Shown: positions 29,032 to 36,277 of the stretch, piece after piece
Numbering within the stretch: position 1 is the first letter of the stretch
How the letters are laid out: every line of letters begins with the position of its first letter
Source of the DNA: an uncultured virus (IMG/VR IMGVR_UViG_3300008108_000012)
Taxonomy: Duplodnaviria; Heunggongvirae; Uroviricota; Caudoviricetes
DNA length: 64,000 nt
Virus record (IMG/VR): IMGVR_UViG_3300008108_000012
Direction: 5' to 3' (one strand)
Made by a program: the position numbers and the translations under genes
The notes under the pieces: generated by a model
The model's input: only the letters and a program-made list of their open reading frames with translations
What the model was told of the DNA's origin: nothing
The model's database searches: none

Positions 29032-29237
29032 TCCTTCTCCCAACTACGGAAGTATTCAGGGTCGCCGACCCAAAATGCGCCTTCACCATTTGCCTTGTTC
29101 AGCCATTCGTCAAGGTTGGCATGAAGGAAGGCACGGTACCCCTCGGTCACCTCATCTGTGTTGTGCTTACAGATGTCCGACTGAACATTGTCGCCATCGG
29201 CATTGGTGTAGATGATTTCTCCACAGAACTCTTTCAT
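29028..29237 (-). CDS. Cassette hypothetical protein, probably leaderless
   Basis: ATG lies 7 nt after -10 TACCAT. Confidence 0.6.
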   Translation of the reverse strand: MKEFCGEIIYTNADGDNVQSDICKHNTDEVTEGYRAFLHANLDEWLNKANGEGAFWVGDPEYFRSWEKE

Positions 29238-29244
29238 GGGGTGA

Positions 29245-29288
29245 ATGGTACAGGTGTCAAGCACACATGACAAGTGGCAGTTGTCACA
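29245..29288 (-). promoter_or_regulatory. Leftward cassette promoter with box
   Basis: TGTGACAACTGCCAC-TTGTCA-17-TACCAT on the minus strand. Confidence 0.75.
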
Positions 29289-29494
29289 TCGTTGAGAGAC
29301 AAGCAAGGGTGAGGTCGTCAAGACGGGGACACATCACGATGAGTTCTTCCACCACCGTCAAATCTCTCTGGGAGCCCCGATGGGCCGCTGCGGCCGTCCG
29401 GGACTTCCGCCCGCACTCGTGCGCCTGCGCCCGTGCGCCCGTGGGAGTTTCTCGGCTCGGCTGTCGGGGTTGGCTCGGACTGCCTCGCCTGTCG

Positions 29495-29538
29495 TGTGAC
29501 AAACGCCACTTGTGTTAGTGCTGTGTTGCCTGTACCCT
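29495..29538 (+). promoter_or_regulatory. Cassette promoter with box
   Basis: TGTGACAAACGCCAC-TTGTGT-17-TACCCT. Confidence 0.7.
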
Positions 29539-29559
29539 GTCAGGTGTAAGGGGGTGATT

Positions 29560-29922
29560 ATGAAAGCAACCAAAACAGACCTATCGCTTATGGCGTTACT
29601 CTGCTCAGACCGTGAAGGTCGCCCGTGCGATACGGGCGAAGTCTTAGCCCAAGTGGGCAAGATGAACTTTCTCGCTGTGTGCGGTGGCAAGTGGGCGAAG
29701 GTTTACGATTCAGGCATGGAGACTGTCGGCGTGTTGATGCTCTGCGGAGAATCTCGCGCGGTGGAAGTCGTGCTAGACCCGTGGGATACCTACACAGTGC
29801 GCCGTGTGCGCCTTGTGACCCGTGGAGAACTGAAGGGTTCAATCGTTGTGGAGTCGCAAGTTTCAGATGTCTATTGTGACAACTTGAGCGAAGTCGTCTA
29901 TTCCGCTTCCTGCTGGAAGTAA
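29560..29922 (+). CDS. Cassette hypothetical protein
   Basis: RBS AAGGGGGTG; ATG at 29560. Confidence 0.7.
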   Translation: MKATKTDLSLMALLCSDREGRPCDTGEVLAQVGKMNFLAVCGGKWAKVYDSGMETVGVLMLCGESRAVEVVLDPWDTYTVRRVRLVTRGELKGSIVVESQVSDVYCDNLSEVVYSASCWK

Positions 29923-29944
29923 CCAACAACCAAAACAACCGAGC

Positions 29945-29978
29945 AAGCCCGCCGTGTGCCCCCCGCACGGCGGGCTTT
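29945..29978 (+). terminator. Intrinsic terminator
   Basis: AAGCCCGCCGTG...CACGGCGGGCTTT. Confidence 0.75.
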
Positions 29979-30397
29979 GCTTTGCCCGTGTGCCTGTGAC
30001 CTTGACCCTTGCCCGTGGTGCGCCGTCTTCCGCCACCGTCAAAGTAAGTGAGATGGGGGCGAGAGCCCCGCTACCCCGCCCCCATCAAGCTCAGCTCAGC
30101 TCGACGGGCACGCTCAGCTCGAGGATTTTCTGCGTTTGTTTTTTGAAAAAGTCACGCTGCGTGGTCAAAGTTTGTCAAAACTCACGGAGAGTGGTCATTT
30201 TTGCTCGACTTTACTTTTTAGTTCGAGAAAAAGCAAGCGAAGAGGGCCAACTTCCGGCTTTCTGGCCAGATGTCCCTGGCAGCCCCGATGCGGCCGCACG
30301 GCCGTCCGGGACTTCTGCCCAGATGGCATCGCCAGACGGAGTTGCTCAGGTTGTCCATCGCTCTTGCTCGGTCAAGCCAAACTCGTGCTCGTCTCGG

Positions 30398-30442
30398 TGT
30401 GACACACGACACGTTGCGACTGTGGCGTACAGGGTGTAGTTT
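30398..30442 (+). promoter_or_regulatory. Cassette promoter with box
   Basis: TGTGACACACGACAC-G-TTGCGA-17-TAGTTT. Confidence 0.7.
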
Positions 30443-30464
30443 GCTATTACCTAAGGAGGGGTTT

Positions 30465-30677
30465 ATGCCGGAGTTCTATCCGGAAGAAACCAAAGTCCAA
30501 AAGTCAAAACGATTTGCTAAATCCCAAGGAAAGATAGTAAAAGCATTTAGTCACACAAAGTGTGGTAGGTGCGGAACCATCATTGGTGAAGGCGTTGAGT
30601 GTATTTGGCTCAATGGAAAAGGTTGCTTCCACAAGCAAGGCGAATGTCCAAAGAAAGAAGAACAACAAGAAGAATGA
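30465..30677 (+). CDS. Small zinc-finger cassette protein
   Basis: RBS AAGGAGG; CGRCG..I..G...W.....H....C. Confidence 0.7.
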   Translation: MPEFYPEETKVQKSKRFAKSQGKIVKAFSHTKCGRCGTIIGEGVECIWLNGKGCFHKQGECPKKEEQQEE

Positions 30678-30724
30678 CAGCGTTGATAGTTGCGCTGGCA
30701 GTTCTTTTATTGTTGGCAATCTGA
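30674..30724 (+). CDS. 16-aa hydrophobic micropeptide MTALIVALAVLLLLAI
   Basis: ATGA overlap with the upstream stop; ends just before the terminator. Confidence 0.55.
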   Translation: MTALIVALAVLLLLAI

Positions 30725-30727
30725 ACG

Positions 30728-30760
30728 AAAGCCCGTCACAGAAATGTGGCGGGTTTTTTT
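30728..30760 (+). terminator. Intrinsic terminator
   Basis: GCCCGTCACA-GAAA-TGTGGCGGGT-TTTTTT. Confidence 0.8.
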
Positions 30761-31160
30761 GTGCCCGTCTTCCACCACCGTCAATGTAAATGAGACTGGG
30801 TCATCAGCCCCGCTGCTAACCCAGTTGATGTCCAGCATCTGAGTTCCTCACGACGTACGACATCGGATTATCAACTTTGTTTTCTTTTGTTTTTTGGAAA
30901 ACGCTCACTCTGCGTGGTCGGAAAGTCAAAAAGTTCACGGAAAGTGGCAAAAACGAAGCGAAAGTCAAGTTCTTTGGAGTTTTTTGCTTGGCGCAAGCCC
31001 CCGTCGCTCACCCGTCGTACGTGCGATGGGTTTTCCCCGCGGTAGCCCCGTTTACCCAGTGCGGGGAAACGGGACTGTTCCGTGGTTTCTGGCCCTGGAC
31101 GGCCCGGCGGCCCGGAAGTCGGACTGGCGCAGCGCAACTCGGACTGACCTGAGGCTCGGC

Positions 31161-31205
31161 TGTGACAAACGACACTTTGACATTTGCGCTTGACACCTGT
31201 AGCCT
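31161..31205 (+). promoter_or_regulatory. Cassette promoter with box
   Basis: TGTGACAAACGACAC-T-TTGACA-17-TAGCCT. Confidence 0.8.
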
Positions 31206-31225
31206 GTAGGCAAGAAGGGGGGGAA

Positions 31226-31393
31226 ATGAAGTTTTATGCCAACATCACGCTCAACATAGATGAGTTTGATGCAGATAACGAAGAAAAAGCAAAAGAAATA
31301 ATAGATTCGTACATCACAAGCCTTGCAAACACTGAAGATGAAAGTCTTTCGTGGCAAGAAATGAACTACGAAGTGAAAGAAGCCACTGAATGA
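31226..31393 (+). CDS. Small acidic cassette protein
   Basis: RBS AAGGGGGGG; ATG at 31226. Confidence 0.65.
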   Translation: MKFYANITLNIDEFDADNEEKAKEIIDSYITSLANTEDESLSWQEMNYEVKEATE

Positions 31394-31446
31394 GCATCGC
31401 CATTACGGCGTTTACTCTTTTTTTGTTGTTCTCCGCCGTGAACTAA
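31390..31446 (+). CDS. 18-aa hydrophobic micropeptide MSIAITAFTLFLLFSAVN
   Basis: ATGA overlap with the upstream stop; ends just before the terminator. Confidence 0.55.
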   Translation: MSIAITAFTLFLLFSAVN

Positions 31447-31451
31447 GAACC

Positions 31452-31484
31452 GCCCGTCCCTGAAAGGGGGCGGGTTTTTCTTTT
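31452..31484 (+). terminator. Intrinsic terminator
   Basis: GCCCGTCCCT-GAA-AGGGGGCGGGT-TTTTCTTT. Confidence 0.8.
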
Positions 31485-31606
31485 CCCCGTCTTCCGCCAC
31501 CGTCGTAAAAGTGCCATCACGAAGGTCGTGAGCCCCGCTGATTTACCAGATGCTCGTGTCTGGTTCGCCAGACAAACCGTGAACTTCGGCGACTCCAACT
31601 CGTGCC

Positions 31607-31650
31607 TGTGACAAACAACACTTGACACTCCTTGTGCTGTTCAGTACACT
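31607..31650 (+). promoter_or_regulatory. Cassette promoter with box
   Basis: TGTGACAAACAACAC-TTGACA-17-TACACT. Confidence 0.8.
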
Positions 31651-31657
31651 CGCCCGT

Positions 31658-31942
31658 ATGCAAATAATCACCACTATCAACGAACCGATACCTTTTATCG
31701 GAACGGTTGATGAAATGTTAGCCAACTACAACACTCACCTATGGTGGCAAGACCCCGAATCGTGGGAATCGGTATGTGACCGCTGCGCCTGTAAAGGTTG
31801 GCACAAGGCTGCCAAGTATCCGTGTGGGACAGAGCCACCTCGCCGTGATGTCGTTGTGTGGGTTGATGCAGAAGGTAATCAGCATCGCAACCACCCGACC
31901 CTTGCTGCTTTGGGTATCGCTAGCGATGAGATTGTAGAGTGA
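31658..31942 (+). CDS. Cys-containing cassette protein, probably leaderless
   Basis: ATG lies 7 nt after the -10 element; THLW...CDRCAC...YPCG. Confidence 0.65.
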   Translation: MQIITTINEPIPFIGTVDEMLANYNTHLWWQDPESWESVCDRCACKGWHKAAKYPCGTEPPRRDVVVWVDAEGNQHRNHPTLAALGIASDEIVE

Positions 31943-31989
31943 CCGCTGTCATTTTGACGGTTGCTGTTTTCTTGCTGCTTGCTGTCTAG
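31939..31989 (+). CDS. 16-aa hydrophobic micropeptide MTAVILTVAVFLLLAV
   Basis: GTGA overlap with the upstream stop; ends before the terminator. Confidence 0.55.
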   Translation: MTAVILTVAVFLLLAV

Positions 31990-32003
31990 TAGATAATCCA
32001 CTT

Positions 32004-32032
32004 GCCGCCCTGCTTAGTCGTGGGGCGGCTTT
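32004..32032 (+). terminator. Intrinsic terminator
   Basis: GCCGCCCTGC...GTGGGGCGGC-TTT. Confidence 0.7.
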
Positions 32033-32547
32033 GTGCTGCCCGTAATCGCCTCGCATCGCCGTCTCTCTGCCCGTCTCGGCGACTTGCGGCTTGATGGTGT
32101 CCCTAAATACCCTGCTTCCAACCTGAGCCTTTCTAGATGTCTAGCGTTGCTCAAAGTTGGAACATCTCAGCCCGTCTTCCGCCACCGTCAGTTTATTGCG
32201 GGTAGTCGCGGGGCTCTCGAGCGCCAGCCGCACGGGGAGTTGCACGGGCGGCAGACCTCAGATGGCATCGGCTTTCGGGCAGTTTTTCGGTTTTCTTATT
32301 TTTTTAGAAACTGAAAAACCCGAAATCCTTTATTTTGGCGACTTCACGAACTTGACTTTTGAGTTTTTCGTGTTATGTTGGCAAACTTTGCCACACCCCC
32401 TTCTTCCGCCCGCGTTAGCCCCGTAAAGCTCGAAGAGCTGCACGGGACTGTCAGTCTTCTGGACGACGGAGTTGTTCTTCGGCTTCGGCTTGTTGCTGGC
32501 TCGGCTTGGAACTTCGGAAGGCTTCGCAACTTTCTTTTCGGAAAGAC

Positions 32548-32576
32548 TTGACATCGTGCCTTGTTGCTTGTAAGGT
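32548..32576 (+). promoter_or_regulatory. Sigma70-type promoter (no box seen)
   Basis: TTGACA-17-TAAGGT. Confidence 0.7.
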
Positions 32577-32612
32577 ACAGGGTGGGTGGAGTGCCTAGCG
32601 AAAGGAAATGCT

Positions 32613-32810
32613 ATGTACTACTTCGTACGCTCGTGCGTGCGCTGGGGTTTACTAATGCTCACTCTTACTCTTGCTGTTTTTGGTTGTTCCAAACTCGCAA
32701 GCATAGATGAGACGGAAATACCTGAGTGCGAGTACTTTCACTATCCCTGCCCGTGGGATACGACAGTACCCGACCCTTATTTTGACCCAACAACAGAGAT
32801 AGGGGGGTGA
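32613..32810 (+). CDS. Small membrane protein or lipoprotein (paralogue of 28828-29031)
   Basis: RBS AAAGGA; YYFVRSCVR, TM segment, PECEYFHYPC...DPY. Confidence 0.7.
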   Translation: MYYFVRSCVRWGLLMLTLTLAVFGCSKLASIDETEIPECEYFHYPCPWDTTVPDPYFDPTTEIGG

Positions 32811-32811
32811 G

Positions 32812-32865
32812 ATGGTTGCCGTTGTGGTTGCTTTGACAGTTTTTGCTTTATTGTCGGTTGGATAA
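32812..32865 (+). CDS. 17-aa hydrophobic micropeptide MVAVVVALTVFALLSVG
   Basis: RBS AGGGGGG; starts 1 nt after the upstream stop; ends before the terminator. Confidence 0.55.
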   Translation: MVAVVVALTVFALLSVG

Positions 32866-32878
32866 ATACCCGAACACG

Positions 32879-32909
32879 GGGGCGCATCGTTATTCGGTGC
32901 GCCCCTTTT
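32879..32909 (+). terminator. Intrinsic terminator
   Basis: GGGGCGCATCG-TTATT-CGGTGCGCCCC-TTTT. Confidence 0.8.
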
Positions 32910-33031
32910 GTTTTGCCCGAACTCAGCAACCTGCTTGGGTGTTTTTTCTGCTTCGCAGTCCCGGCTCCAAACAAGAGCCTTGTTTGAAGCCCCGGAGTTG
33001 TTATTTTGTGTTGTCGCCGTAGAATCTACAT

Positions 33032-33376
33032 ATGCCAACACAGAAACTCTGGTCGGACCGCCACCCGGATTATGGAGTGCCTTATAAGGTCATCCAAAGA
33101 AATTCCTGGGCCGAAACCATTTTGAGCTACGCAGCTTTTACCGTGCGAGTCCGTCCACCCGGATATTTCACACATGATAGTTACTGCGAGTTCAGGATGG
33201 GAAACCTGCCGCGCAAAGAGTCATTCCAGTCAGCCATCAAGAAGCTTGTTGGTCTGGGGTATTTAATCGAGACATCGCCAGGTAGCTACCAAATAACATC
33301 AAAGGGGCTAGACGCCAACCTGCGCATCTCGAGACGAAACGCTAAAGCGCGTAACCGCATTGCCGACGAGGATTAA
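33032..33376 (+). CDS. Winged-helix-like protein
   Basis: AIKKLVGLGYLI......YQITSKG; TAGAAT shortly before the ATG. Confidence 0.6.
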   Translation: MPTQKLWSDRHPDYGVPYKVIQRNSWAETILSYAAFTVRVRPPGYFTHDSYCEFRMGNLPRKESFQSAIKKLVGLGYLIETSPGSYQITSKGLDANLRISRRNAKARNRIADED

Positions 33377-33690
33377 TACTTTCTCCACTCGCCTTCGTTG
33401 TCGTCGTTGCCATCCCAGTAGGTACAGACACTTCCTAAATGCTTTGCGGCAACGTCGATGGCGGGGAACTGCTTGGAGAGAGCCTCGTGCAAGTTTTCCA
33501 GCCACCCGGCACACCATATGTCTTCTGACATGTAAGCCATGAGGCGTGGCATCATCCATCTGACCGCCTGGAGTAGTTCGAGGTACTCAATTGTATGCGG
33601 GTCATTTTTGTAGCCAGCATTAAGAGCCACGTGCAGTTCGGTCCAAGACCGTGCTACGTCTTCAGGGTCATAAAAACGCTCTTCGCTCAT
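33373..33690 (-). CDS. Hypothetical protein
   Basis: RBS AAGGA; 105 aa. Confidence 0.6.
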   Translation of the reverse strand: MSEERFYDPEDVARSWTELHVALNAGYKNDPHTIEYLELLQAVRWMMPRLMAYMSEDIWCAGWLENLHEALSKQFPAIDVAAKHLGSVCTYWDGNDDNEGEWRKY

Positions 33691-33728
33691 TGTTTTTTAT
33701 TCCTTAGCGGATTAGAATTGATATCGCA

Positions 33729-35684
33729 ATGGATGATAGCACTCTCTTTTTATGGGACGACCACCTAGCGGCGTCCTTCCCTTATAACGCTGAGCAAGTA
33801 GCGCAGGTGAAAGCTGTGCCGGGGGCAAAGTGGGACAAGGTCGCCAAAGTATGGCGCATACCGATGACCAGTCTTCATGAAGCCAGGGTGTTTGCCGAAC
33901 TACATCGGTTCAAAATCGATAACGAAGTTCTCAAGTTCAACCTGCCGGAGTCAACCAACAAGGCTCAGGGTGTTTATGTCGACGATGATTGGGTGTACCT
34001 AAGTTTCAATTACGACCCGGTAAAGGTTCGGTCGGTTAAATCGTTGCCATCAGTAACATGGCACCCACCAACCAAAGCGTGGCGTGTACCGCTTGCTGCC
34101 ATCCACGACGCCATCGCATGGGCAGAGAAGTTCGATGAACCCATAGCCGAACGTGTTCGAGCTATTGCTGGGGTTATGGAGCGGAGCAAAAACGAAACCA
34201 TTGCGGCGTCACGAGCAAAAGATGCGGAAATCGAAATACCAGGACTGCAGGGCAACCTTCTGCCGTACCAGCGAGCCGGAGTTAAGTATGCCGCCAATGC
34301 GCGTCGTTGTTTTATCGCAGACGACATGGGGCTTGGAAAAACCATGCAGGCCATCGCTACTCTTGAATACGTTCACGATTCCTACCCAGCCGTAGTTGTA
34401 TGTCCTCCGACACTGGTGCTCAACTGGGCTAAGGAGTACGAGAAGTGGCTCCCACACAGACGGGTTGCAACGGTAACAAACCGCAAGGACCTGCCGGAGC
34501 CGGGCACTTATGATGTTGTCGTTGTGGGGTATAGCAATATTGACCACTGGCAAAACCATCTTAAGGGCCATCGGTCATATGTGTATGACGAGAGCCACTA
34601 CGCAAAGACGCCAACAGCAAAACGTACCAAGGCGGCCATAAAGATGGCGCGTTCCGCTCCCAAAGAAGGAATAGTTCTGTGTCTAACCGGCACGCCAATC
34701 ACAAACCGACCAGCCGAATACGCGGCTCAGCTTGACATCTTAGGTAACCTAAACAAATTCGGTGGCCTATGGGGTTTCTACCGACGATACTGTGCGGCTT
34801 TCCGTGACAGATTCGGGCAGTGGCACATCGACGGCTCGTCTCACCTTGATGAACTCAACGACATGCTGCGTAGTCAGTGCTACATCCGTCGTATTAAAGC
34901 CGATGTTCTCGAAGAGCTGCCGCCAGTTCGCCACTCAAAGATTGTCGTTGCGCCCAACCCGACAGCCATGGCCGAGTACACCAAAGCCGAAGATGACATT
35001 ATTGAATACATGGCCAATCGCGCTAAAGAGTTGGCTAAAGAACTCGGCAAGTCTCCATATTCCGCTGCTGTCGTAGCCCGCATCAAAGCAGAGTCAAACG
35101 AACACCTAGTTCGCATTTCTGTTCTGCGCCGACTAGCCGCAAAAGCGAAGATGGATACAGTCTTTGAGTGGATTGATGGCAAGCTGGCCGGTGGCGACAA
35201 GGTTGTTGTCGCTGCACATCACCGCGAAATTGTCGACCTCATTGCAAAGAAGTATGGGGGCTTGAAAATTCAGGGTGGCATGAAGGTAGAAGAAGTCGAA
35301 GAGAACAAGCGCATCTTCCAAGCTGAATCCATTGACGAAGCACCCGTGATGGTGCTCTCGATTCAGGCTGCCAAGACAGGTCACACACTCACGGCAGCAC
35401 AGGATGTTGTCTTTGTAGAAATGCCATGGACACCTGCTGATGTTGACCAGACCTACAGTCGGTGCCATCGCCTTGGGCAGAAAGGCTCAGTGATGTCCAC
35501 ATACATTCTTGCCGAGGGAACTATCGACGAAAAGATTTATGGTCTTATCGAATCAAAGCGCGACGTTGTGAATCAAGCAACCGAAGGTAGCGATGTAGAA
35601 TTTAGTGATGGAAACCAACAGCTTGTGCTCGATTTCCTTGCCGAAGGCCTGCGCCGGAGCAAGATGAATGGAGTGGATGGATGA
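33729..35684 (+). CDS. SNF2-family helicase with HARP-like N-terminal repeats (SMARCAL1-like)
   Basis: DDMGLGKT, DESH, LTGTP and Q..SRCHRLGQ motifs; two VK.[VL]P...W....K.W repeats. Confidence 0.9.
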   Translation: MDDSTLFLWDDHLAASFPYNAEQVAQVKAVPGAKWDKVAKVWRIPMTSLHEARVFAELHRFKIDNEVLKFNLPESTNKAQGVYVDDDWVYLSFNYDPVKVRSVKSLPSVTWHPPTKAWRVPLAAIHDAIAWAEKFDEPIAERVRAIAGVMERSKNETIAASRAKDAEIEIPGLQGNLLPYQRAGVKYAANARRCFIADDMGLGKTMQAIATLEYVHDSYPAVVVCPPTLVLNWAKEYEKWLPHRRVATVTNRKDLPEPGTYDVVVVGYSNIDHWQNHLKGHRSYVYDESHYAKTPTAKRTKAAIKMARSAPKEGIVLCLTGTPITNRPAEYAAQLDILGNLNKFGGLWGFYRRYCAAFRDRFGQWHIDGSSHLDELNDMLRSQCYIRRIKADVLEELPPVRHSKIVVAPNPTAMAEYTKAEDDIIEYMANRAKELAKELGKSPYSAAVVARIKAESNEHLVRISVLRRLAAKAKMDTVFEWIDGKLAGGDKVVVAAHHREIVDLIAKKYGGLKIQGGMKVEEVEENKRIFQAESIDEAPVMVLSIQAAKTGHTLTAAQDVVFVEMPWTPADVDQTYSRCHRLGQKGSVMSTYILAEGTIDEKIYGLIESKRDVVNQATEGSDVEFSDGNQQLVLDFLAEGLRRSKMNGVDG

Positions 35685-35833
35685 CGCCGAGTGGGAAACC
35701 GAGTGGCAAATCTTTTTCATGCTTGAAAACGGGCTTGTTGAATATTTGGGAGACAATGATGACGGTGAGCCTCTCTTTAGGATTACCCCAGCGTTTCTTG
35801 AATTCTCACGCATAATCGTTGATATGTTTGACG

Positions 35834-36277
35834 ACGATGAAGATTAATAAGAAGAGCGCGCCACAGCGTAATGTCGTTGACATCATAAAGACCGGAAGCT
35901 GGGGAAACGTTGAGTATCTCCATAGACTCGAATGTGGACACACGGAGATACGTAAGCGACATGCGTCCACGAGCGCTATCTCATGCACCGGGTGCGTCAA
36001 GGCGCAAATAGCTCAAGAAACCCTAACTCAGCTCGCTGTAAAGCCAACCGTCTTTGTGGACGTTGCTGACATACACGATGAACTTGCTACAGAAATCGCA
36101 TCATACGAGCAAGACATTGGACGAACCAGGGCTTCTTTGGCGGCAGCACTTGGGGTTACTGTGGCGGATGTTGAGTTGATTGTTACCGAAAGCGATAACG
36201 GGTCACTAAGCGTCTCTCAGGCGATGGTTTTTCTCGGACCTTCAGCTATCAACAATCTCATCAAATCGGTCAAGTGA
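35834..36277 (+). CDS. Hypothetical zinc-binding protein
   Basis: LECGH...CTGC; start uncertain. Confidence 0.6.
   Translation, partial: TMKINKKSAPQRNVVDIIKTGSWGNVEYLHRLECGHTEIRKRHASTSAISCTGCVKAQIAQETLTQLAVKPTVFVDVADIHDELATEIASYEQDIGRTRASLAAALGVTVADVELIVTESDNGSLSVSQAMVFLGPSAINNLIKSVK

Larger units (their letters stand above)
15516..32190 (+). repeat. Dispersed, strand-polarised 14-mer CTTCC(A/G)CCACCGT(C/A), 16 copies
   Basis: Starts at 15516, 16228, 16898, 17787, 19963, 20665, 24210, 25001, 26516, 27225, 28103, 29346, 30027, 30769, 31491, 32176; three copies (15516, 19963, 27225) carry one substitution. Confidence 0.95.

Noticed and set aside
15516..32190. The 14-mer repeats as a CRISPR array
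   Set aside because: Repeats are only 14-24 bp and are separated by 670 bp or more containing genes; no cas genes are visible
24210..32190. Classical integron
   Set aside because: No tyrosine integrase in the window, the boundary motif is not a palindromic attC with GTTRRRY cores, and cassettes carry their own promoters
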